Shown in pieces: positions 1 through 9,294 of a stretch of DNA of 64,000 nucleotides. A program made the translations under genes and the position numbers. The stretch is taken from assembly GCA_021849125.1 (NCBI GenBank), contig JAJZTG010000003.1, forward strand, positions 2,133 through 66,132, read 5' to 3'. This DNA is from a bacterium. GTDB taxonomy: Bacteria > Patescibacteriota > Minisyncoccia > Phycocordibacterales > Phycocordibacteraceae. How positions within the stretch are numbered: position 1 is the first letter of the stretch; every line of letters begins with the position of its first letter. Below the pieces are notes generated by a model. It was not told the origin of the DNA. It searched no databases and saw only the letters and a list, made by a program, of their open reading frames with translations.

Positions 1-17
1 GCGCTACCATGTTTTGC

Positions 18-1340
18 ATGGATGTCTCGTCGTATTTCAAGGGAAAGAAGATAACTGTCATGGGGCTCGGCTTGCTTGGTCGAGGCGTGGGCGACGCGAA
101 ATACCTGGCAGAGTGCGGAGCAGAGCTCATCGTGACGGACAAGAAGACGCGCGAGGAGCTTGCGGAGTCGGTGGCACAGCTCGAAAATTTTCCGAATGTC
201 ACATTCGTGCTCGGTGAACATCGGCTTGATGATTTCCGCGGTCGCGACCTCATCCTTAAGGCTGCAGGTGTCCCGCTTGACTCGATATATGTCGCGGAAG
301 CGAAGAAGCACGAGACCCCGGTCCGGATGAGCGCGGACCTCTTTGCAGAGCTCGCGGGTATCCCGATCGTAGGTATCACTGGCACGCGCGGAAAATCGAC
401 GGTGACTCACATGGTACACGCGATCCTTGTGGCAGCAGGGAAGAAAGTGCTCCTCGGCGGGAACGTGCGCGGCGTATCGACACTCGCGCTTCTTCCTGAG
501 GTGACGCCAGACCATATCGCGGTGATGGAACTCGACTCCTGGCAGCTTCAGGGCTTTCATGAGGCGCGTCTCTCGCCGCATATCGCGGTCTTTACGACGT
601 TCTATCCTGATCACCAGAATTACTACAAGGATCAGCCGGAGGCGTATCTCGCTGACAAGGCGAATATTTTCCTTTTCCAAACGCCGAGCGATGCGCTCAT
701 CCTCGGTAAACAGTGTGCGGCGGCTGTTATCGAGAAGTATGGCGATCGGATCGATTCGCATACTCAGGTCGTCGACGAGCAAAAGCTTCCAGATATGTGG
801 ACGCTCAAGATTCCGGGCGTACATAATCGCTATGACGCTGCGCTCGCGCTTGCCGTGGCGCGCTCGCTCGAGATTCCTGACGAGGTGAGCCGCAAAGCGC
901 TCGAGACCTTCGGGGGTGTTCCAGGTCGGCTCGAGCTCGTGCGTGAGGTTAACGGCGTGAAGGTTTACAACGATACGACCGCGACAACGCCTGAGGCGAC
1001 GCTCGCTGCACTTGCGGCGCTCGATAACGGTAAGCGTCGCATCATCCTCATCATGGGCGGTGCTGACAAAGAGCTCGATATGAATACGCTCCTACACAAG
1101 ATCCCAGACTATACGAAGCGGGTGATCCTCCTTACGGGTACGGGCACGAATCGTGTGCTTGAATTTCTCCCCGGCGCATCTGTCTTCGACGATCTCGGTA
1201 ATGCGGTAAATGAAGCGTTTCTCACGGCAGAGTCGGGAGACATCATCCTCTTCTCGCCAGCTTTCGCGTCGTTCGGTATGTTCAAGAACGAGTACGACCG
1301 CGGCGATCGGTTCGACACGCTCGTGCAGTCTCGCACATGA
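18..1340 (+). CDS. murD: UDP-N-acetylmuramoyl-L-alanine--D-glutamate ligase
   Basis: GITGTRGKSTV P-loop, GGNV, ELDSWQL, YNDTTATTPEA, SPAFASFGMFKNEYDRG. ATG 18 preferred over 9 because TACCAT (5-10) lies 7 nt upstream. Confidence 0.93.
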   Translation: MDVSSYFKGKKITVMGLGLLGRGVGDAKYLAECGAELIVTDKKTREELAESVAQLENFPNVTFVLGEHRLDDFRGRDLILKAAGVPLDSIYVAEAKKHETPVRMSADLFAELAGIPIVGITGTRGKSTVTHMVHAILVAAGKKVLLGGNVRGVSTLALLPEVTPDHIAVMELDSWQLQGFHEARLSPHIAVFTTFYPDHQNYYKDQPEAYLADKANIFLFQTPSDALILGKQCAAAVIEKYGDRIDSHTQVVDEQKLPDMWTLKIPGVHNRYDAALALAVARSLEIPDEVSRKALETFGGVPGRLELVREVNGVKVYNDTTATTPEATLAALAALDNGKRRIILIMGGADKELDMNTLLHKIPDYTKRVILLTGTGTNRVLEFLPGASVFDDLGNAVNEAFLTAESGDIILFSPAFASFGMFKNEYDRGDRFDTLVQSRT

Positions 1341-2095
1341 TCGGCATCTTCGACTCGGGGTCGGGTGGTCTTACCGTGCTTCGGGCGATCCGTGAAGACT
1401 TCCCGTCGGCCGACATTATCTATTTCGGTGACATCAAGAATGCGCCGTACGGATCGAAGTCGAACGCAGAGCTTTCGACGCTTACGGTCGACGCGATCGA
1501 CCGGCTCACGAAGCACGGCGCCACCAGTATCGTTTCCGCCTGCAATAGCGTCTCCGCATCGCTTGCGGTCTCGCTTGTCGATATGCTCGATCTCCCGCCC
1601 GGACACTTGATCGAGATGGTCGGACCGACGGTAGGCACGTTTCGGGGAAGCGCCGCGCGTGTCGTACTTGCGGCGACGCCGGCGACTGTTCGCGCCGAGA
1701 TTTATCAGAACGGGTTCCGCATGATACGGAAGGATATAACTGCGGTCGCGATACCTGATCTCGCTTCGGCCATCGAGTTTCGGGCGAGCGAGGATGAGAT
1801 GGAAAGGATTATCCGACAGGCTTTTGCAGGCGTCCCGCTTCGTCCAGGCGATACGCTTATCCTCGCTTGCACGCACTATCCGCTCGTCGCGCATGTATTC
1901 GCGCGGGTCTTCCCAGAGGTAATGCTGTTTGATCCGGCACATGCCGTAGCCGCACGGGTGAAGCGCGAGCTCTGGCCACGCGAGGTCGGGGAGGGGACGC
2001 TCCGCTTCATGATCACGAAGGATTCCGAACCGTTCCGAGAGAGGGTGAAGACCTTTTTCCCAGAAAGCGCCGACGCGGTCGTGGTGGTAGAGTAA
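1337..2095 (+). CDS. murI: Glutamate racemase
   Basis: MIGIFDSGSGGLTVL, PYGSK, both catalytic Cys (ACNS, ACTHYP); ATGA overlap with murD. Confidence 0.93.
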   Translation: MIGIFDSGSGGLTVLRAIREDFPSADIIYFGDIKNAPYGSKSNAELSTLTVDAIDRLTKHGATSIVSACNSVSASLAVSLVDMLDLPPGHLIEMVGPTVGTFRGSAARVVLAATPATVRAEIYQNGFRMIRKDITAVAIPDLASAIEFRASEDEMERIIRQAFAGVPLRPGDTLILACTHYPLVAHVFARVFPEVMLFDPAHAVAARVKRELWPREVGEGTLRFMITKDSEPFRERVKTFFPESADAVVVVE

Positions 2096-2099
2096 GAAC

Positions 2100-3380
2100 A
2101 TGAAAGAAGGGCAGAAGGCACATTTCGTAGGGATCGGCGGAATCGGGATGAGCGCGCTTGCGCAGCTTCTCGCGCATGATGGTGTCATCGTATCCGGTTC
2201 GGATCGAGACGCTGGGCCGACCACCGAGCTTCTTGAGTCGAAAGGCATCCACGTGCACATCGGACACGCGGCGGAGAACATCCCAGAGGATTGCGATGCG
2301 CTCATTTACAGTGATGCAGTACCCGCAGAGAACGCCGAACGGTCTGTCGCGGCCGAGCGCGGCATCCCGCAATTTTCATATTTCGAGATGCTCGGGAAAG
2401 TATCGGAGGGGCGTCGCACGATCGCGGTTTCCGGTACGCACGGCAAGACCACGACGACCGGCATGCTCGCGAAGATCCTTATCGACGCGGGTGCGAAGCC
2501 GACCGTCATCGTGGGTTCGATCGTGAAGGACTTCGGCAGCAATTACGTCGCCGGCGACTCAGGTCTCTTCGTCGTTGAGGCGTGCGAGTATCACGACCAT
2601 CTTCTCGAACTCTCGCCGGAAGTGCTCGTCATAAACAATCTCGAATGGGACCATACCGATTGGTTCCCCTCGCTTGCGGCGCTGCAGGATACCTTCCGGA
2701 AAGCGGTTGCGAAGGTACCGTCACAGGGCGTCATCGTGACCGATACCGAGAACCAGACTATCGCGCCGCTTCTTGAGAGCGCGCAAGCGCGTATCGTCGA
2801 CTATGTCCGTGAGCCCGCATTCGAACTCCAGCTCATCGGGACATTCAATCAGTCAAACGCGAAGGCTGCTGCGGCTGCCGCGCGCGCCGTGATGCCAGAA
2901 CTTTCCGACGAAGCGATCGCTACGTCGCTCGCGTCTTTTCACGGCACCTGGCGCCGTTTCGAATACAAGGGCGAAACGAAAGAGGACGCCGTCGTGTACG
3001 ACGACTATGCGCATCACCCGACGGCTATCAAGGAGACCTTGAAAGCGGCTCGTGCGCAGGCGAAGGGGAAACTTATCGTCGCGTTCCATCCGCACCTCTA
3101 CAGTCGCACGCGCGATCTCTTGAACGAATTCACCTCGGCGTTCGTCGATGCTGATGAGGTCGTGTTCGCGCCCATCTACGCGGCACGCGAAGCCGACGAC
3201 GGGAGCATCTCAAGCGAGATCCTTGCTGAGCGCGTGAGCGCGTCCGGCGTGCCAGCACAGGCGCTCGGCACTTTTGACGAGATCGCCGGATATCTCAAGA
3301 TGCATGCAGGGAAGGGCGACATGATCATCACCATGGGCGCGGGTGACATCTATAAGGTTGCGGACCAGCTCGTAGCTTAA
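2100..3380 (+). CDS. murC: UDP-N-acetylmuramate--L-alanine ligase
   Basis: HFVGIGGIGMSALA, GTHGKTTTT, EACEY, DDYAHHPTAI, HLYSRTRD, MGAGDI. Confidence 0.95.
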   Translation: MKEGQKAHFVGIGGIGMSALAQLLAHDGVIVSGSDRDAGPTTELLESKGIHVHIGHAAENIPEDCDALIYSDAVPAENAERSVAAERGIPQFSYFEMLGKVSEGRRTIAVSGTHGKTTTTGMLAKILIDAGAKPTVIVGSIVKDFGSNYVAGDSGLFVVEACEYHDHLLELSPEVLVINNLEWDHTDWFPSLAALQDTFRKAVAKVPSQGVIVTDTENQTIAPLLESAQARIVDYVREPAFELQLIGTFNQSNAKAAAAAARAVMPELSDEAIATSLASFHGTWRRFEYKGETKEDAVVYDDYAHHPTAIKETLKAARAQAKGKLIVAFHPHLYSRTRDLLNEFTSAFVDADEVVFAPIYAAREADDGSISSEILAERVSASGVPAQALGTFDEIAGYLKMHAGKGDMIITMGAGDIYKVADQLVA

Positions 3381-3886
3381 GGTTTCTCGAAGTGTTGCCA
3401 GTCTTTCCGGTCGGACCAATTCCCGCCCCATATCCAACCTCGGCTGATAAATAGGTCGGCAATCTCGGGTGTCACGGTACCTGGCTTGCGCGGGTCGTAG
3501 GTCGCGCCACGAGGTGCGACGTAATCGCCGCGTACATAAGGGTTCAGGCGCGGATTTATATCGACAGCTCGTCCGAACGCATGGTTTGAAAGTCGCTCAG
3601 TACCGGCGATAGTTCGATAGTTGAAAGCAGAAGAATTATTATCCTCCATCGAGACATCATCATCCCATCCATAAGCGCTGACCGGAATCATTTTTTCGAT
3701 AAGGAAGTGTTGCTCCGCAAGCGTGGCAAATATCTTACGCACATCGTTCACAAGATCTTTGTGGACGACTAGATATCCGGTTTCTTCTCGTTCTTCAAAT
3801 GAGAAATACGGTACGACAACGAGCTCGAGTGTCTTCCGGATGTCGGCGGGGATGTCCTTGTTGCGGAGTGCCTCATCGAGCGTCAT
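3377..3886 (-). CDS. M15 family zinc peptidase (D-Ala-D-Ala carboxypeptidase / L-Ala-D-Glu endopeptidase-like)
   Basis: FNYR, SNHAFGRAVDINP, WGGNW..KDWQHFE motifs. Start moved to MTLDEAL (3886), 6 nt after TACAAT on the minus strand. Confidence 0.85.
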   Translation of the reverse strand: MTLDEALRNKDIPADIRKTLELVVVPYFSFEEREETGYLVVHKDLVNDVRKIFATLAEQHFLIEKMIPVSAYGWDDDVSMEDNNSSAFNYRTIAGTERLSNHAFGRAVDINPRLNPYVRGDYVAPRGATYDPRKPGTVTPEIADLFISRGWIWGGNWSDRKDWQHFEKP

Positions 3887-3925
3887 GGAAACATTGTACT
3901 CCCGGTATGGTAGAGTGCACCCATC

Positions 3926-4609
3926 ATGGGAACCCTCTCCATCGTCGCGACGCCGATCGGCAACCTGGAAGACCTGACCTTCCGGGCGCTCAGGACGCTT
4001 GCTGAATGCGACGTCATCTACGCGGAAGACACGCGCGTCATCGCGAAGCTCCTCTCGCGCTACGACCTCCACAAGCCGCTCCAGCGGCTCGATGCCATGA
4101 CGGAAGCCGAACGCTCAGGAGATGTCATTGCGCGCCTTGAAGCAGGGGAGAAGATCGTGTACGTGAGCGATGCAGGGACACCGGGCATCTCCGATCCGGG
4201 CGCGCGGCTCGTCGCGCGGGTGCGCGAGGCTTTGCCGAAGGCGATGATAGAAGCGATCCCGGGACCTTCAGCGCTTACGGCCGCACTTTCGATCGCCGGC
4301 ATCGACCTTACTGGCGGCTTCACCTTCCTTGGCTTCTTGCCGCACAAGAAGGGAAGGCAGACGCTTTTGAAGAAGATCGCGGAAAGCGAGATCCCCGTCG
4401 TACTTTATGAGTCGCCGCACCGTATCGAAAAGCTTCTCGAAGAACTCTCCTCGATCGATGTATCGCACGTGACCGTCGCCCGGGAACTTACGAAGGTTCA
4501 TGAGGAGGTCCTCTCGGGAACCGCCGCAGAGCTCAAGGCGCATTTTGCCGCACACTCGAGTACGATTCGTGGTGAATTTGTGGTGATCATCGAAGCACAG
4601 CGTAGATGA
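3926..4609 (+). CDS. rsmI: 16S rRNA (cytidine1402-2'-O)-methyltransferase
   Basis: VATPIGNLEDLTFRA, AEDTR, VSDAGTPGISDPG, YESPHR, RELTKVHEE, GEFVVII. Confidence 0.95.
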   Translation: MGTLSIVATPIGNLEDLTFRALRTLAECDVIYAEDTRVIAKLLSRYDLHKPLQRLDAMTEAERSGDVIARLEAGEKIVYVSDAGTPGISDPGARLVARVREALPKAMIEAIPGPSALTAALSIAGIDLTGGFTFLGFLPHKKGRQTLLKKIAESEIPVVLYESPHRIEKLLEELSSIDVSHVTVARELTKVHEEVLSGTAAELKAHFAAHSSTIRGEFVVIIEAQRR

Positions 4610-4614
4610 TCACC

Positions 4615-4896
4615 ACCCTGTTAAATCCCTTCAAATCGGCCGCTATGTTTTACACGTACGTTCTTCGCTCCGAAAAAGATGGGAAGTTTTATACAGGATT
4701 CACGTCAGATTTGAAGGGACGATTTGAGGAGCATAAGAAAGGGAGAGTGGAATCGACGAAAGACCGCTTACCGTTGTTTTGGCCTATTATGAAGCCTGTA
4801 TAAGCGAGAAAGATGCTCGTCATCGCGAACGGTATCTTAAAACGCACCACGGCAAGCTATTTCTCAGGAACCGCCTCAAATCGTATTTAACAGGGT
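4615..4896. repeat. 12-bp inverted repeat bracketing the GIY-YIG gene
   Basis: ACCCTGTTAAAT (4615-4626) and ATTTAACAGGGT (4885-4896) are exact reverse complements. Confidence 0.75.
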
Positions 4897-4904
4897 TCGC
4901 ATAG
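4645..4904 (+). pseudogene. GIY-YIG endonuclease gene split by a 1-nt frameshift near 4771-4780
   Basis: MFYTYVLRSEKDGKFYTGFTSDLKGRFEEHKKG in one frame. Continues as LAYYEACISEKDARHRERYLKTHHGKLFLRNRLKSYLTGFA* in the -1 frame. Confidence 0.85.
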
Positions 4905-4915
4905 TCTGGTAGACT

Positions 4916-5146
4916 ATGCTCATGTCCCGCACAAGCACCACGATCATCCTCGGTATCCTCATCATCCTGACTCCGTTTTCAGGCCTTCCGGTCGCGATCC
5001 GCTCGCTTCTGCTTGTCGTTTTCGGTCTCGGCGTCCTCATGGTCGGCTTTTCGATGCGTAAGCATGAAGTCAGCTCGGCTGCTGCGCCGGTTATGCCAAA
5101 CGAACCGACGCCGGAACCCGCCGAACACCCGGTCGCGATGGGATAA
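4916..5146 (+). CDS. Small two-TM membrane protein (start may be 4922)
   Basis: Two hydrophobic segments around PFSGLP; TGGTAGACT -10 upstream; terminator downstream. Confidence 0.7.
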   Translation: MLMSRTSTTIILGILIILTPFSGLPVAIRSLLLVVFGLGVLMVGFSMRKHEVSSAAAPVMPNEPTPEPAEHPVAMG

Positions 5147-5158
5147 CCGTTTTGTAAT

Positions 5159-5191
5159 AAAGACTCGCGCACGAAACGTGCGCGAGTCTTT
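5159..5191 (+). terminator. Intrinsic terminator hairpin
   Basis: AAAGACTCGCGCACG-AAA-CGTGCGCGAGTCTTT, perfect 15-bp stem. Confidence 0.75.
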
Positions 5192-5206
5192 GCTATACTC
5201 ACTCAT

Positions 5207-7087
5207 ATGGATAACCCAGAGCGCGTAACGTACTTTGCGGCGACTGATGCGCGTGGCAAACGGATTCCTTTTGGTATCAAAGCGAAGGATCGCGACCGGC
5301 ACATGTACGTGATCGGTAAGACCGGCATGGGCAAGTCGACCTTGCTCGAGAACATGGCCATCCAGGATGTCCGGAACGGGGAAGGACTCGCGTTCCTCGA
5401 CCCGCACGGCTCCGCCATCGACAACCTGTTGAACTACATCCCTGAGGACCGCATCAAGGACGTGGTCTACTTCGCCCCGTTCGATATGGACCACCCCATC
5501 GCCTTCAACGTGATGGAGGACGTGGGATACGACAAGCGCCATTTGGTCGTGTCGGGTCTCATGGCGACCTTCAAGAAGATCTGGCAGGACGCCTGGAGCG
5601 CCCGCATGGAGTACATCCTCACCAACACGCTCCTTGCGCTTCTCGAGTATCCCGACGCGACTTTGCTCGGTGTGAATCGGATGTACACGGACAAAGCGTT
5701 CCGTCAGAAGGTCGTCGATAACGTGAAGGACCCGGTCGTGAAGGATTTCTGGGTGAAGGAGTTCGCGAACTATGGCGATCGCTATACGCAGGAGGCCACG
5801 CCGGCCATCCAGAACAAGATCGGCCAATTCACGGGCAACCCTTTGATCCGTAACATCATCGGTCAGTCGAAGTCTTCCTTCGACATCCGCAAGATGATGG
5901 ACGAGAAGAAGATCCTCCTCATCAACCTCTCGAAGGGTCTCGTGGGCGAGACGAACATGCGCCTCTTGGGCTCGATGCTCGTGACGCGCATCTTCCTTGC
6001 CGCGATGAGCCGTGCAGGTTCTTCAGCGGAGGAGATGGCGAAACTCCCGCACTTCTACTTCTATGTCGACGAATTCCAGAACTTCGCGAACGAGACGTTC
6101 GCCGAGATCCTCTCCGAATCGCGCAAGTACAAGCTCGACCTTACGATCGCGCATCAGTACATCGAGCAGATGGAAGAAGAGGTGCGCGACGCCGTCTTCG
6201 GCAACGTGGGTACGACCGTCACCTTCCGCGTGGGACCTTTCGATGCTGAGGTGCTCGAGACCGTTTTCATGCCCAAGTTCACCAAGGAAGACATCGTTTC
6301 CTTGGATAAGCGCCAGGTCTATCTTTCGCTCATGATCGACGGGGTGGGAAGTGCACCTTTTTCTGCGGTGACAATCCCGCCTATCGAGCCGCCGCCGGTC
6401 TCACACAAGGACGCGATCATCGAAGCATCGCGCACACAGTTTTCGATGCCGCGGGAAGGGATCGAGAAGTCCATCATGGACGAACTTATGGAAAGCGTGG
6501 CATCGGAGGCTCCGGCTGATGCACGCATGCGCCGGAAGCCCGCAGCGCCGATGGTGCGGGAAGGTATGCAGACGCCACGTCCTCCGCGTGGTGACATACC
6601 GCCACGGCCGCAGTACCCGCGTGAACCGCGTCAGGACTTCACACCTCGCCCGCAATCTCCGCGAGAAGAAATGCCGCCTCGTCGGGTGCCGGAAAATCGT
6701 CCGACGCAAGAGCACCGCCCTCTGCCTCCGAGGCGTGAAGCAGCCCCAGAGCGCCAGGCACCCGCAGCAAAGAGCCCTGATGAGCTCAAGGCGCTCCTGC
6801 GCTCCATGACCGCGAAGGTAACGGTTGAGAAGGAAGAGAAGAAGACTGAGAGCCAGCAATCGCTCAAGGGCGCCCTTGCGAGCGTGCTTGCAAAGCGCGA
6901 GGCACCTGCTCCACAGGAAAAGAGGGAAGTACCGCCACGCCCCGAAGTGTCGGCCCCGCCGAGGGTTGAAACACCACCTGCGCCACCAGTGCCTCCTACG
7001 CCTCCCGCACCGCCGATTCTCCCGGAAAAGAAACCCTTTGAGGTCCCAGAGGACGCGCTCCGTCGCGTGCTCAAAGGCGAAGAGTGA
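5207..7087 (+). CDS. VirD4/TraD/HerA-like P-loop ATPase with Pro/Arg-rich disordered C-terminus
   Basis: Walker A GKTGMGKS, FLDPHG, Walker B YVDEFQNF, ESRKY..AHQY..Q, AVFGNVGT. Confidence 0.85.
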   Translation: MDNPERVTYFAATDARGKRIPFGIKAKDRDRHMYVIGKTGMGKSTLLENMAIQDVRNGEGLAFLDPHGSAIDNLLNYIPEDRIKDVVYFAPFDMDHPIAFNVMEDVGYDKRHLVVSGLMATFKKIWQDAWSARMEYILTNTLLALLEYPDATLLGVNRMYTDKAFRQKVVDNVKDPVVKDFWVKEFANYGDRYTQEATPAIQNKIGQFTGNPLIRNIIGQSKSSFDIRKMMDEKKILLINLSKGLVGETNMRLLGSMLVTRIFLAAMSRAGSSAEEMAKLPHFYFYVDEFQNFANETFAEILSESRKYKLDLTIAHQYIEQMEEEVRDAVFGNVGTTVTFRVGPFDAEVLETVFMPKFTKEDIVSLDKRQVYLSLMIDGVGSAPFSAVTIPPIEPPPVSHKDAIIEASRTQFSMPREGIEKSIMDELMESVASEAPADARMRRKPAAPMVREGMQTPRPPRGDIPPRPQYPREPRQDFTPRPQSPREEMPPRRVPENRPTQEHRPLPPRREAAPERQAPAAKSPDELKALLRSMTAKVTVEKEEKKTESQQSLKGALASVLAKREAPAPQEKREVPPRPEVSAPPRVETPPAPPVPPTPPAPPILPEKKPFEVPEDALRRVLKGEE

Positions 7088-7088
7088 C

Positions 7089-8351
7089 ATGACGTTGCTG
7101 AGCCGTACCGGAATCATTGCTGTCGTGGCTATGGCTTTCCCGGTTACGGCGTTTGCGTCGAGCGCTCCGACGCTTACGACCTACACTATTTCTGATACGA
7201 CGATCTATCCGACCGCTTCTGTCGGATCCGGCTTCGCGACCTCGACGACTATCGATATCGCGTTCTCCGAGAAAGTGAAAGCTTCGATCAAGCTTCAGTC
7301 ATCGGACGGCTCTACGCTCACGCTTTACTCGAGCTCAGGCGTTACGAACCCGAGTCCGAAAACGTGGGACGGGACGGACGGGAATGGCGCCGCTGTGGCA
7401 AACGGTACCTACACCGTCTTCATAGCGGCGACCTCGATCGCCACCGGTCTCGACATGAGCGATTCGTCGAAGACGATAATCGTGAGTTCATCATCGACCT
7501 CAAGTGCACCGACACCGACCGTTTCTGGGAGTGCGACGGTGTATGTACCTCCACCCTCAGCCCTTATCGTCTCCGCAGGAGCTGATCAATCGGTCATGGC
7601 TGAAGTCCCTGTATCGTTCTCAGTGAAGGTAACCGCAAAGGGTGGCGGCGAGGACTCTGCGGCGAAGGTCGTCTGGAGTTTCGGCGACGGTTCCTCAGCT
7701 GAGGGTAAGGCGGTTGAGAAAACATACCGATATCCCGGCACGTATCTTGTCGTCGTGACTGCCACAGACGGTTCGGCAAAGGCGACGGATGATCTTATCG
7801 TGAAGGTTACGCGTCCGATGGTGGGTATCACGTCGGTTGCAGGTGAGGGGATCACGCTCAAGAACGATTCTGATGACCGACTCGACCTTTCGAATTGGCG
7901 GATCGTCTCGGGTATCGCTACTTTCCGTATACCGCTTGGCATGACGCTTCTCCCGCATGCGAGCGTCATGTTCCCGTACACGATCACGAATCTGCCGGTG
8001 AGTTTCGATGCGGTACTCGAATACCCAAACGGTCTCGTCGCTGCGCGGTACGCACCGCAACCGGTCCCTGGGGCGGTTCTCGCGACAGTGCAACCTCAAG
8101 CGCCTGTTGCGAGTTCTCCTTTAGTGCAAGCGGTCGAACCGATTAGCAGTAGAAAGGCAGCCGTCAAGCCCAATGAACAAGCAGTAATCGCCCCCGCAGC
8201 AGCGATGGAACTCGCTGCTGCGGGGGCGGCCATCCCCGAGAGAGAAGAAGCCGTCTCGCAGTCTTCTGAGCGTAGCTTCTTCTCGTCGCCTTGGACCTAT
8301 GGGTTCCTTGGGGTCGTGGTGTTGGCCGCGGGCGCGTTCATTCTCTTATAA
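7089..8351 (+). CDS. Secreted surface protein: FlgD-like Ig, PKD and lamin-tail-like domains, C-terminal TM anchor
   Basis: Signal peptide (AFPVTAFA), WDGTDGNGAAVANGTY, WSFGDGS..YRYPGTYLVVVTATD, LDLSNWRI, C-terminal hydrophobic helix. Confidence 0.75.
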   Translation: MTLLSRTGIIAVVAMAFPVTAFASSAPTLTTYTISDTTIYPTASVGSGFATSTTIDIAFSEKVKASIKLQSSDGSTLTLYSSSGVTNPSPKTWDGTDGNGAAVANGTYTVFIAATSIATGLDMSDSSKTIIVSSSSTSSAPTPTVSGSATVYVPPPSALIVSAGADQSVMAEVPVSFSVKVTAKGGGEDSAAKVVWSFGDGSSAEGKAVEKTYRYPGTYLVVVTATDGSAKATDDLIVKVTRPMVGITSVAGEGITLKNDSDDRLDLSNWRIVSGIATFRIPLGMTLLPHASVMFPYTITNLPVSFDAVLEYPNGLVAARYAPQPVPGAVLATVQPQAPVASSPLVQAVEPISSRKAAVKPNEQAVIAPAAAMELAAAGAAIPEREEAVSQSSERSFFSSPWTYGFLGVVVLAAGAFILL

Positions 8352-8360
8352 GATCGAGAA

Positions 8361-8401
8361 CCGCCCCAGATGTGAAAGTCCGACTTTCACATCTGGGGCG
8401 G
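8361..8401. repeat. REP-like perfect palindrome (AAGTCcGACTT core, 20-bp arms)
   Basis: CCGCCCCAGATGTGAAAGTC-C-GACTTTCACATCTGGGGCGG. Confidence 0.85.
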
Positions 8402-8436
8402 AAAGGGTAGTTTTACGGTATGCTTTCATTAATTTC

Positions 8437-9294
8437 ATGGACAAACAGAAACTCATCGTAGTCACCGGCGGGGCAGGGTTCATAGGCTCGCACCTCTGCG
8501 AGCGCCTGGTGAAAGACGGCCACAAGGTCATCTCGCTCGACAACTACTTCACCGGAAGCCGGGACAACCACGTTCCTGGCGTCGAGTATCGTGAGGGGCA
8601 CACCAAAGACATCGAGAAGCTTATCCCAGAGACGCCGGATATCGTTTACCACTTGGGAGAGTACTCGCGTGTCGAGAAGAGTCTTGAGGAGCCGGCGCTC
8701 GTCTGGGATTTGAACAAGGACGGCACATTCGGCGTTGTCGAGTTTTGGCGGAAAAAAGGAGGGAAGTTAGTCTACGCCGGTTCCTCGACTAAATTCGGTG
8801 ACGGCGGTCTCGGTCGTATGCAAAGTCCCTACGCATGGAGCAAGGCGAGTAATACCGAACTCATAAGGAATTACGGTGCGTGGTACGGGTTGCCGTACGC
8901 GATAACTTATTTCTATAACGTATATGGTCCAGGTGAACGGGCCGGCACATACGGCACCGTTATTGAGATATTCCGTCAGAAAGTGCTCGCAGGCGAGCCG
9001 CTTGAGGTTACGTCGCCTGGAACACAGAAGCGCAATTTTACGCATGTCGACGACATCATAGATGGCCTTATCTTGGTTGGCGAGGATGGTATCGGAGATG
9101 ACTTTGGTATCGGAGATGAAAAAGCATATTCGATTATTGAGGTGGCACAGATGTTTGGGAAAGAGATTGTCATGAAGCCTGCGGCGGCCGGCAATCGTAT
9201 GGGTTCGGATATCGATACCAGCAAGGTGCAGGCTCTCGGGTGGACTCCAAAGAAACATCTCAAGGAGTACATACGAGAAACGTTCGGTGCATGA
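8437..9294 (+). CDS. NAD-dependent sugar epimerase/dehydratase
   Basis: VTGGAGFIGSHL, YAWSK (YxxxK), NVYGP, RNFTHVDD. Confidence 0.9.
   Translation: MDKQKLIVVTGGAGFIGSHLCERLVKDGHKVISLDNYFTGSRDNHVPGVEYREGHTKDIEKLIPETPDIVYHLGEYSRVEKSLEEPALVWDLNKDGTFGVVEFWRKKGGKLVYAGSSTKFGDGGLGRMQSPYAWSKASNTELIRNYGAWYGLPYAITYFYNVYGPGERAGTYGTVIEIFRQKVLAGEPLEVTSPGTQKRNFTHVDDIIDGLILVGEDGIGDDFGIGDEKAYSIIEVAQMFGKEIVMKPAAAGNRMGSDIDTSKVQALGWTPKKHLKEYIRETFGA

Noticed and set aside
5207-7087. Conjugative element suggested by the VirD4-like ATPase
   Set aside because: No relaxase, VirB genes, integrase or att sites nearby; it sits among core genes.
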